Assembly: GCA_000388065.2 (NCBI GenBank)
Contig: KB932203.1
Length of the DNA: 17,095 nucleotides
Reading direction: 5' to 3' (one strand)
DNA from: Fonticula alba ATCC 38817
Taxonomy: Eukaryota > Protista > Nucleariida
Below, piece after piece: positions 1-9,717 of this stretch. Position numbers and translations under genes: made by a program. The notes under the pieces were generated by a model. That model made no database searches. It was not told where the DNA came from and saw nothing but the letters and a program-made list of their open reading frames with translations. Within the stretch, counting starts at the first letter, position 1. The number at the start of each line of letters is the position of its first letter.

Positions 1-1027
1 GGGAAGCAAGCCCCAAGTGCCGGGAACACACGGAAGGGGGGGGGGAGGCCAGACGCCGCCCTTGCGGAGGGAGCGAGAGGCCGGGGGGAGGGGGGGCGGG
101 GGACAGGGATGAAATTCTCCGTGCCCCCCTTCCCTTCCCGCCTTCTGCACCTCTGCCCACACGGCCCTGGAGAAAAGCCCCCATCCTGACCGCCTCACGC
201 TAGTGGATTGCCCAAACCCCACAACAACCGCCCGCCTCCCCTGAGATCCCTCCCTCGTTTGCTGCCCCACCCCCTGTCTCCCTTCCTCTCCCTCCTCCCT
301 CGCTGTCCGCCGCATTTCTCACGCTGTGCCCTAGCGCCGGTGCCTGTCCCAACTTCAGTTGCGCCCGCACGCCCGCACGCCCGCCCGCCCGCCCCCCAGC
401 CACGGCCAGCACCCTTGTCCTTGTGTGTGAGTGAGCCTCCAAAAATTTCACCCACACTCTCGCTGTTTGGCCTTCTGCCCGAGCCCAGCCATCCAGCCGA
501 TCTCAGATTTCAGCGCCACAAACGGCGCTTTTTGTTCGACAGACAGCGCGCTCGCACCAAACTAAGAGGCCACCAACACGCAGCACCTCGCATCCGCCTC
601 GGCTTGCTGGTTCGCCTGAGCCCCCGCCTGCTTGTCCAGGACCTGTTCTTCGTCCCCTTTACCCGCCATCTGTACGTCCTTCCCCGTGTCGCCTCTCCTT
701 CTTGTGCCGGCCAATGGCCGACCCTGGAGCGAAGTCGGCCCGGGCAGCTTGGCTGTGTCCTCTTTCCCCCCCCCCCCCCCCCCGCCACACACAGGCTCTG
801 CCTGTATTCCTTTGACTGGCTGGGCAGACATGCAGGACGTGCTAACCGATGTTCCCTTTGCCTTGCCTCACCCGTGCTGCGGTGTCGCCGCGACGTGCTA
901 CCCTACGCCGGCGGTGGTATGTGACCGAACGCCTGCGCCCGAATCCATATTGGCAGAGCAACTCCCCTTCAAGCGTGAGATCCCCCGTTGATGGTGTGAA
1001 ATATTGCTCCCTTGTACACACCGACAT

Positions 1028-1083
1028 CACACACACGCACGCACGCACACACGCACACACACACGCACGCACGCACGCACGCA
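1028..1083. repeat. Compound (CA)n/(CGCA)n microsatellite
   Basis: Read directly from the sequence. Confidence 0.9.
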
Positions 1084-1167
1084 ACTTCGTGTGTCCCTGC
1101 CGAGCGCCACTTCGCCGGTCCCCTTCGCCACTCCCTTCCCAACCACCGTGCGCGCTGGTCGGCAGCA

Positions 1168-1316
1168 ATGGGTCTCCACTCAAAGTACCCCACCTCCCCG
1201 CCGGGGAGGCATGCCATTGAGGAGACGCCCTCGCACTCGTCGCGTCCCATCGATCAGCACATGGGCTTCTTCATGGCAACTCGCAGCGACTCGTGCGTCA
1301 AGTGGCTCATCAGCAC
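1168..1316 (+). CDS. Possible first coding exon of the polyQ gene (MGLHSKYPTSPP...KWLIST)
   Basis: ATG at 1168 just after an acceptor-like GGCAG (1161-1165); high GC3, no stops. GTs at 1317, 1458 and 1467 are all phase 2 and would join in frame to 1676, but none is a good match to the local donor consensus. Confidence 0.3.
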
Positions 1317-1675
1317 GTACAGCGGGGCCAGTGGGCGGATGCACAGGGTGCCATACCTTTGGGCGGCGGGGGGAAAGGGATGCGGGAGGCCGGAAAGGAG
1401 AAGGCCCTGCGGGGAGGGGCAAAAAAGAAAAAGAAGAAGAAAAGACGCTCGCAGACCGTCCTTCGAGTGTGGGACTCCCGAGGGGCCGGGAGTTCGCCCC
1501 TGGCGGGGCTTTTTTTTTTTTCGCTGCTCTTGGCAGGCCGGGACCCGGGGCGGCGGCAGGCCCAACTCTCGAGGGCGTGCACTTGCTAACACCCGAATGT
1601 GTCGTGTGTCCGGGGGTGTTCAACTGCTGCCGCTGCATGCGCGTGGCCCTCGACCGGATACGGTGGGGGACTTAG

Positions 1676-3613
1676 GCAATCGTGCACGGCGCCGACCGAA
1701 TCCGACTCGGCCGACTCCCTGTGCCACAGTTCCGATGAGGAATGCCAAAGCCCGACCACCGGCGGGGGGGACTTCTATGACCTGAGCCTCATCAGCACGG
1801 CCGAGTTGGAGCAGCCGTTCGCCATGCGGACGGCCTCCCAGTCGGCTGGCCCGAGCAGCCCCTTTTACCGGCAGTCACCATGGCCAGCGGCACCGATGGA
1901 GCAGCAGCAGCAACAGCAGCAGCAACAACAACAACAACACCAACAGCCCCAGCACCCGGGGGGCTCGACTCGGCCGGGCCTCGGCCCAGCGACCGACCAG
2001 CCGGGGAAGGCTCAAGCCGCGGGCGGCGGGGGGCCGTCCATGGTGGCCTCTTCGGCCGGCCAGCCGGCCGAGCCTCCCACCGAGGCGGCCTCAATCCGGC
2101 GACGCTTCCTGGCCTTGCACATTGACGAGGCGCTGGAGCTGTCGCGCCTTGCTGACCTGGAGCTATCGCCCCCGGGCATGAGCGGCTCCGGCAAGAAGGA
2201 GCCCGGCTGCCCGCCGGGCGGTTCGTCCTCCAGCGGAGCCGGGCCCGCCAGCAATGGGTCCTCATCCGGGGGGATCCCCCTGTATGCGGGAGCCGCCTCG
2301 GAGGATTTCCCCCCGACGGTGGTCGGCCGCGAGGCCATCTACCCGGCGGGCCTGCTCTCGGGCCTGCCCCCGATGGGGCCCACCCGCGGGCGGGGGGCTT
2401 TTGCCCCGGCATCGCGCCCGCGCGTGTCCATCCCCGCCGGGGCCGGGGCCCTGGCCCCGGGGCTTTTGGCTCTGGGCGGGGAGCTGACACCGACGCTCTC
2501 CGACGCCGAGGCATACTCGTGCTACTCTTCGGAGGATGTGGCCACCACCTCGCCGTACGGCATCTCGCCCCTCTACAGCCCGGTGGCTCCGGTGGCCGGG
2601 GGCAGTGGCTACGAGCTGCCGGTGGCCAGCACCGGCGGACGCCCGCCCATGCACCGCAGTGCCCCCGGGCGCCTGAGCCAGTCCCTGGGGATGATTCTCC
2701 CTGGCGGCCGGGCCGCAGATGCCTCCAAGCCGACGGCCGACGGCCCCCAGGGCACCCTGGCCACGGATCCCCTGGGCCCGGGCTGGGGGACCCTCGCCAA
2801 GGGCCTTGTCCCCGGCTCGCCACTGGCGGCCGGCTCGGCCCCGGGCCAGTGCTCGCAAGTGCCGCCCGTACGTGTCGACTGCAGCACTTCTCTGTCCCCC
2901 TTGGCTCGCACGCGCATGTACACCCGCACGCGCCCGCTAACACCGATCCCCCGGGCCGCCTGCGCCCCTGTCGCTCTCTCGCGCTCTCGGATGCCTGGCC
3001 GCGTGGGGCTTGACAATGACAGAGCACCACCACCACCACCACCACCAGCACCGCCGTCGCTGCTGCTGCTGCTGCTGCTGCTGCTACTACGGCCACACTC
3101 GCCAGTCCCGCCGAGGACCATGGCAACCGGGCCTCCCTCCGGCGCCTGATGGATCTGGCCCCGGCCGGGGTGCGCCTGAGCCCGCACCGGTGCGACATGG
3201 CCATCGGCAGCGGCGCCCCGGAGGGGATGCTCCTGCCGGCATTCAGCAGCCCGGACATGCTTCCGGAGGAGGCACGCACCGGTCGCCCTGCCACTGGCGC
3301 CGGGGCCACCCCCGGGCCGCTGCTGTGGCCGGGTGCCCCGCCGCTGGCCGCCCTGTCGCCGGTGGTGACCGCCATCCATGACGCGGCCACCATGACGCGC
3401 AAGCGCTCCCACCAACTGGCCAAGGATTGCTCTCCGGCGGTGGTTCTGCTTGCCGACCCCCGGTGGTCGGGGCGTCTCGCGGCCGGGTCAGGTGTCAACA
3501 GCCGCGCCGCGCCGCTGGCCCGCTTCGACATCGACGAGGCGTGCGACTCGGCAGGCGTCGCCCGGCCCGCCAAGCGCCTCAAGCACACCCCCCCGACCGG
3601 GCGCTCGGGATAA
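1676..3613 (+). CDS. Hypothetical low-complexity (Pro/Gly/Ser/Ala-rich, polyQ) protein, probably disordered and nuclear; exons 1676-2867 and 3023-3613; 5' end uncertain
   Basis: Strong GC3 bias in the 1599..3149 frame from ~1677. Intron 2868-3022 (GTACGT donor, CTAAC branch ~2937, GACAG acceptor, phase 0) joins that frame to the 3149..3613 frame (QVPP|STTTTTTT...RRLMDLAP...RPAKRLKH, stop TAA 3611-3613). Upstream acceptor CTTAG at 1671-1675 with GCTAAC at 1585-1590; first in-exon in-frame ATG is at 1824. No family recognised. Confidence 0.7.
1902..1937 (+). repeat. CAG/CAA tract encoding Q12
   Basis: 12 consecutive CAG/CAA codons after ATG GAG at 1896. Confidence 0.9.
3026..3085 (+). repeat. 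(ACC)7 and (GCT)9 tracts encoding poly-Thr and poly-Ala
   Basis: ACC x7 at 3026-3046 and GCT x9 at 3059-3085, in the spliced reading frame. Confidence 0.85.
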
Positions 3614-4434
3614 CCCATCCACCACCGCCCTTTGGTCTTGGCCCACCTCTCACCTCCGGCAGCAGGCCCCAAGGCGCAGCGGCCAGAGAAGTGACGAGAG
3701 GAGAGGGAAGGGGCGCAGGGCGGGTGGCGCAGGAGGAGGACGCCGGGGCCGCCGGGGCGGCTTGGGAGCAGACAGCAGCACCCCATGCGCGCCTGCGCCT
3801 CGCCCCTCCCTTCGTCCCTTTCGCCCGCCCAGCACCCCCCCCCCAGGGGGTAAGCACTGGCGCCCCGCCTCCTGCCCGGGCCTCAGACCCGTGCCACCCT
3901 CCTGCAGGCCCATCACCGCTTGAGAGTGCCCCGGGTGTGCGCTTCATCCACCAGGGAAGCCGGGGGAGGGGGGGTGGATGCGTACAGATCGCCTCCTCCC
4001 TGTGACATGGCTGCCCGACCACATCCTGGCCTCTGCCGCTCGGCCACACGCCCATCTTCCAGCCCGCACTTTGCCTTGAGACCGGGCGCGGACCTTGCCG
4101 GAAAAAAAAAACCACGTAGGCCGCACGGAAGTACCATGCGGCCCGGCACCTTGGATGCGACACCCGGCCAACCAGGGGCGCGAGGCCAGCTCCGCACCCC
4201 GCAGGCTCGATTGCTTCCGCGTCCCCCTACTCCGATCTCGGCCGCGCCAATCGCCGGCGGGGAGGGCGCCTCCACCGCCGCGGGCTCACTAGACTTTGAA
4301 GGGCCCTTGCCTTTCATGGGAAGGTGGAGCGCGAAAAGGAAGAGGGGAGGGGGGAGGTGAAGGCGCGCGCGCATTTCAATGGCCAAGCCTGGACTCGCAT
4401 ATGGCGGGACCGCACGTGCTCCCTTTCATGTGTA

Positions 4435-4452
4435 TGTGTGTGTGTGTGTGTG
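4435..4452. repeat. (TG)n microsatellite
   Basis: Read directly from the sequence. Confidence 0.85.
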
Positions 4453-5283
4453 TATAAGGCACCCACAACCAGGGTGGGGCATGGCACCCTCCTTGGCTCC
4501 TGGAACACAGAGCAACAAGAACCACCACCCAGGGGCAGAGAGAGGCAACGAAGGAGAAGGAGCTAGATAGATCGAGCGATGGCGGGAGAAGGAAAACACA
4601 CGACCCACCCCTCGCTCGTCCCTCTGAGAGAAGAGAAAAGATGCTGTCGACTCCTCCTGCCCGCGCGTCCCCTTGCCCCTCCCCCCGGGCCAGCTTCAGC
4701 CCTGTGGCAGGGAGACAGAGGGAGACAGACGGTTTCCCTCCACATTGCTCCACTATTCTTCCCTTTGTTGCCCCGCCCCCCCCCCCCTCGCCCCCCGCCC
4801 CTCACCGAGGGCCTGATATGCCTCCGACTTATCCAGCCCGGAGCCTGGGGGCCCGCCAGGAGAGCCCCTCTTGCCCCCTTCCCCCTCCCCACTTCTTCTT
4901 CTCCCTCTCCTGCATTTCCCTCGTTCCTAGATATATCCATGCCGCAGGATATGAAAAAAAAAACACCCCATGATTCTTAGAAATAGCGGTGCCCCTCCCC
5001 CCCCCCCCCCCCCCCCCCGTCTCTCGCCAGAATATAAAATGCAAAATTTCTCCAAAAGACGAGCCTGTGTAGTGTTCCTGGGTGGGCTTTGCGCCCGCCC
5101 GAGAAGAGATCGGACAAAGCAAAAGAAGGGATCCGAGAGACGCTCCCAAAGACAGAGACTAGATAAGTGGAGGAAGGCGGCGGAGGGGGAGCCAAGACCC
5201 GACCCCCCCCCCCCCCCCCTCCCCCCCGGTCACTGAATCGTACAGGGACGGGAGGGGCAGGAAAGGGGAGAGCTGTGCACAGC

Positions 5284-7455
5284 CTACTTCTTCTTGGACT
5301 TCTTCTTGTCGCCGGACTCGGCCTTGGGCGGCGGCATGGTGAAGGTGTAGTCGAGCTTGCGCGGAGTCATAATGTGGGAGACCATCTCGTCGGTGATCTT
5401 CTTGCGGCTCTGAAAAATGCAAGAGGCCGCGAGGGGAGGGGAAGAAAAAAAAAAGAGAGCGCGCGCGCGCGGGACAAGGGGGTGAGGGAAAGGGACATAT
5501 GTGGAGCCGGGAAGCGACGGAATACACGCACCTCCTGGAACTCGGTGATGAACTCGGTCAGGACGTTGATGCAAATCTTCTTCAGCTCGCCAGTGAGCAT
5601 CTCGCCGGAGCGGTATTTCTGGCCACATGCAAGAGGACGTGGAGGAGGAGGGGGGGGGGGGGGGGAAAACGTTAGACCCGAGCGAGAACCATGATGGGGA
5701 TGACAAAAAAAAGCATGCAGACAGCAAGGCAGCCAGACAAAAGCAAACGGGCGCACCTTCTCAATGTCGGCCAGCTCCTCGTCGGACTCCAGGAAGTAGG
5801 TGAGGTAGTTGAAGGCGACATCGACGTCGGGATCGCCGCCAAGCTCGCGATGCTCCTCGACCGTCATGCGACCCCCGGAGAAGGCGTACTTGTTGATCTG
5901 CGGTGGGGTGAAAGGAGCCAACGGCACGGCGCGGAAGCGCAATGGTGAGCACAATGGTGAGCAGCAGCAGCAGCAGCAGCAGGAGCAGGAGCAAAGAGAG
6001 GAGGGGCATGCGAGGGGCTTGGTCGGCCGGGAGAGGCGAGCACATGCAGCACGCACCTTGTTCTTGATCTGGTTCGGGGTGTCGGTCAGGAAGATGGCCG
6101 AGGTCTGGGAGCTGGCACTCATCTTGGTGTTGAACCCCTGCAGGGCGGGGATGAACTTGGCATGGAGGAGCGAGGGCTTGTTGTACTTCAGCCGAGGCGC
6201 AACATCACGAGTAATGCGGAAGTACGGGTCCTGGTCGATGGCACAGGGGATCAGGCAGAAGGCCCGGCGGAAGACCGCCTCATCCTGGCCAAAGATGGCC
6301 GGGAAGGACGAGGCAAAGGAGGGGGCCGCCTGGATGGCAGGGAAGCTCCACTGGCCAATGTTGTGGCTGGGGGAGGGGAGGGGGGNNNNNNNNNNNNNNN
6401 NNNNNNNNNNNNNNNNNNNNNNNNNNNNNNNNNNNNNNNNNNNNNNNNNNNNNNNNNNNNNNNNNNNNNNNNNNNNNNNNNNNNNNNNNNNNNNNNNNNN
6501 NNNNNNNNNNNNNNNNNNNNNNNNNNNNNNNNNNNNNNNNNNNNNNNNNNNNNNNNNNNNNNNNNNNNNNNNNNNNNNNNNNNNNNNNNNNNNNNNNNNN
6601 NNNNNNNNNNNNNNNNNNNNNNNNNNNNNNNNNNNNNNNNNNNNNNNNNNNNNNNNNNNNNNNNNNNNNNNNNNNNNNNNNNNNNNNNNNNNNNNNNNNN
6701 NNNNNNNNNNNNNNNNNNNNNNNNNNNNNNNNNNNNNNNNNNNNNNNNNNNNNNNNNNNNNNNNNNNNNNNNNNNNNNNNNNNNNNNNNNNNNNNNNNNN
6801 NNNNNNNNNNNNNNNNNNNNNNNNNNNNNNNNNNNNNNNNNNNNNNNNNNNNNNNNNNNNNNNNNNNNNNNNNNNNNNNNNNNNNNNNNNNNNNNNNNNN
6901 GGGGGAGGGGGGAGAACAGGAGTGATGAAGAAACAATCCGAAGGGGAACGCCAAGGGCACAGCATGTGAGAAGGAGGGCCGTGAGCGAGGAGAACCGAAA
7001 AAAATGCGTGGACAGGGCGCGCGCGCGCCTGAGCGCCAGGCGCATTACACCACGCACTTGGTGAAGATAAAGGGCACAAGATGGCCAATGTGCATGGAGT
7101 CCGAGCTGGGGCCGCGGCCGGTGTACAGGAAAACCGGATCACCACGCTCCTTGGCGTCCAGCAGGGCCTCCAGATCCCGGTGGGAGAAGAAGACCCCGCG
7201 ACGGAGGAGCCGGTGCGCCCGGTGGCCGGTCACGCGCTCCAGGCGCTCGATCAGCTCCGGCGAAATGTGCTTGCTGCCGTAATCGCGCACGAGCTTCTCG
7301 TAGTCCACATTGCCGGACACCTTCCAGGGGTTGACGACCATCTCCTCGGAGTCGGCGGCAGCGGCAGCATCCGCGGCAGCGGCGGCGGCGGCGGCGGTGG
7401 TGGTGGCGGCGGCGGCAGGCACGTCCGCGGGGGGAGTGTCGGGGGCAGAGGTCAT
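5284..7455 (-). CDS. WARS1: Cytosolic (eukaryote-type) tryptophanyl-tRNA synthetase, ~442 aa when all 7 exons are joined; exon 1 7455-7058, exon 4 6366-6057, exon 5 5897-5757, exon 6 5618-5532, exon 7 5409-5284
   Basis: Diagnostic motifs [21 protein letters not shown] (HIGH), [26 protein letters not shown] (KMSKS equivalent), [21 protein letters not shown]. All junctions are GT-AG and phase-consistent; the 7 exons sum to 1329 nt. No WHEP domain; Ala/Thr-rich N-terminal extension. Confidence 0.97.
5940..5982 (-). repeat. (CTG)7 followed by a duplicated 12-mer TGCTCACCATTG in TrpRS intron 4
   Basis: Plus strand: CAATGGTGAGCA x2 at 5940-5963 and (CAG)7 at 5962-5982. Confidence 0.85.
6386..6900. 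other. Assembly gap (515 N) inside TrpRS, where exons 2-3 belong
   Basis: N run lying between the start of intron 1 and the end of intron 3. Confidence 0.99.
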
Positions 7456-7881
7456 GGCGGCTGGCAGGGGGGAGGGGGGCGACAGGGCAGACACCACAAG
7501 CGGGCAGCAAAGAAGGGCAGGGCAAGGGGAGGGGGTGGAGAGTGGTGGCCTGAGCCACCGGCCATCCGCCATGGGAGCCCTTGAGCCGGGCCGGCAGCCC
7601 TTCCCCCGGCCTCTTCGCCCGTCACCATCCCCCGCGGCAGATCCCGGCCACGAGGGGGCGCCAGGAGGGAACACACGACAGCAGGACCCCCCGCCCCCAA
7701 CGCACTCGCTCTCGCTCTCGCTCCCGGAGGCGGAACGCCGGCCACCGAGGCGCCTGCGCCAGCATCATTGTGCACCCGCGCCGATCGCTTTGGTAAGGGG
7801 ATGTTGGCGATGTCTGCAGGCACTCCCCCCCCCCCGTGTGGGGGCCCAGCTCTCCGGAGGGCTGGCCCATCTGCGCATGCC

Positions 7882-7928
7882 GCACACACACACACACACA
7901 CACACGCACGCACGCACGCACGCACACA
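7882..7928. repeat. Compound (CA)n/(CGCA)n microsatellite
   Basis: Read directly from the sequence. Confidence 0.9.
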
Positions 7929-8311
7929 TGCTGCAGAAGGGGGGGGGGGGGGGCGGGCCCACGCCATCTCCTTTTGCCTGGACGCGGGGAAGGTGCACAC
8001 CCAACACGGGGGGGGGGGGGGGGGCGACCCGCCCATTGGACGCACATTGGGGCGGCCAAAAAGGACCGCAGCATGGGTCAACACAGTGTGCGAAGGAGCA
8101 GGGGAGACCGGACGCGGCTATTCGGGGCTAGATGGCTGCCCGGCCTCACGACGGCCCGACCCTTGGGCTCACATGTCGAACGGGCACGGCATGAGTCAGC
8201 TGCCGTCCAATGGGACCATGGTCACGCGACGTGCCCCTGCTCCGCCGCCGGGCCTGCTACGGCCCCTGTTGTTTTTGGCCTCGGCGGAGAGCCAGCAGCA
8301 GGCCGGCCCCC

Positions 8312-8321
8312 NNNNNNNNNN
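8312..8321. other. Assembly gap (10 N) at the left edge of the displaced contig
   Basis: N run. Confidence 0.99.
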
Positions 8322-8441
8322 GAGGTAAGTAGGGGGGGGGGGAGGCCTCGGAGACATGAGCACCGGTAGCGGGGTGGGGCCGGGCGGGAAGCATGTGGCG
8401 AGGAGAAGACCAGGAACGGGCGACAAGGGGAGGGGAGATAC

Positions 8442-8856
8442 CTGCGCTCGAAACCGAACACGGCGGCAGCAGTGCTGGCAGTGACGGCCTTCTGGATGCG
8501 GACAACGGTCGGGTACAGGCCGCTGCATGTGGAGATGGGCAAACGTGGCGGCAATCGCGGGCGGTGGATTAGCAAGCTGGCTGGCGGAAGGGTGTGCACC
8601 AGGAGGAAAGAGAGGGGGAGAGAATCGAAGAGGGAGGAGCCAAGGAGGCGGCACGGCACAGGGTGCGCACCCAATGTAGTCGCTGTTGGCGAAGATGAAG
8701 GTCTTCTCGGGGTTGAAGCCCAGGGCAATGATATCGCGGGCGTTCTGGCGACCATAGCCGACACACTCCTCCAGCGAGAGGTCCGGGCGGAAGAGGAACT
8801 TCTCGTCGTCGGTCAGCTGGATGACCAGCGGGACCTCGAGGACCTCCTGGAGCCAC
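8442..8856 (-). CDS. WARS1: Displaced exons 2 (8856-8671) and 3 (8522-8442) of the same TrpRS gene
   Basis: Encode (K)[22 protein letters not shown]...[24 protein letters not shown]|[14 protein letters not shown]...VFGFER(S), exactly the segment missing between exon 1 (...FIFTK) and exon 4 (SHNIGQWSF...). All three junctions are phase 2 and match. Confidence 0.95.
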
Positions 8857-8875
8857 CTACATGGTTGGGTGGAGG

Positions 8876-9614
8876 NNNNNNNNNNNNNNNNNNNNNNNNN
8901 NNNNNNNNNNNNNNNNNNNNNNNNNNNNNNNNNNNNNNNNNNNNNNNNNNNNNNNNNNNNNNNNNNNNNNNNNNNNNNNNNNNNNNNNNNNNNNNNNNNN
9001 NNNNNNNNNNNNNNNNNNNNNNNNNNNNNNNNNNNNNNNNNNNNNNNNNNNNNNNNNNNNNNNNNNNNNNNNNNNNNNNNNNNNNNNNNNNNNNNNNNNN
9101 NNNNNNNNNNNNNNNNNNNNNNNNNNNNNNNNNNNNNNNNNNNNNNNNNNNNNNNNNNNNNNNNNNNNNNNNNNNNNNNNNNNNNNNNNNNNNNNNNNNN
9201 NNNNNNNNNNNNNNNNNNNNNNNNNNNNNNNNNNNNNNNNNNNNNNNNNNNNNNNNNNNNNNNNNNNNNNNNNNNNNNNNNNNNNNNNNNNNNNNNNNNN
9301 NNNNNNNNNNNNNNNNNNNNNNNNNNNNNNNNNNNNNNNNNNNNNNNNNNNNNNNNNNNNNNNNNNNNNNNNNNNNNNNNNNNNNNNNNNNNNNNNNNNN
9401 NNNNNNNNNNNNNNNNNNNNNNNNNNNNNNNNNNNNNNNNNNNNNNNNNNNNNNNNNNNNNNNNNNNNNNNNNNNNNNNNNNNNNNNNNNNNNNNNNNNN
9501 NNNNNNNNNNNNNNNNNNNNNNNNNNNNNNNNNNNNNNNNNNNNNNNNNNNNNNNNNNNNNNNNNNNNNNNNNNNNNNNNNNNNNNNNNNNNNNNNNNNN
9601 NNNNNNNNNNNNNN
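8876..9614. other. Assembly gap (739 N)
   Basis: N run. Confidence 0.99.
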
Positions 9615-9717
9615 TCGTCTCCCCTCGGCACCCGCACACGCCCCTCTCCTTTCCGCTCCTCTCTCCCGCCCTCGCGCCCCCCCCCCCCCTCCCCCCCCCT
9701 TCGCCCCCGTTCACGCG

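Noticed and set aside
1010-1023. CCTTGTACACACCG, matching the universal SSU rRNA ~1390 motif
   Set aside because: Only 14 nt; the following CCCGTC is missing, the flanks do not align convincingly to 16S/18S, and it merges into a CA microsatellite.
3147-3151. TGATG stop-start overlap between ORFs 1599..3149 and 3149..3613, suggesting operon-like coupling or reinitiation
   Set aside because: A consensus phase-0 intron at 2868-3022 joins both ORFs into one protein, so the overlap is an artefact of unspliced translation.
1792-3786. 664-aa minus-strand ORF
   Set aside because: Antisense shadow of the GC3-rich plus-strand gene; Arg/Pro/Gly-rich with no family features.
8322-8331. Perfect AG|GTAAGT donor on + (reverse complement resembles the U1 snRNA 5' end, ACTTACCT)
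   Set aside because: It lies at a contig edge, antisense within TrpRS intron 3, with no U1 stem-loops or Sm site around it; a chance match is likely.
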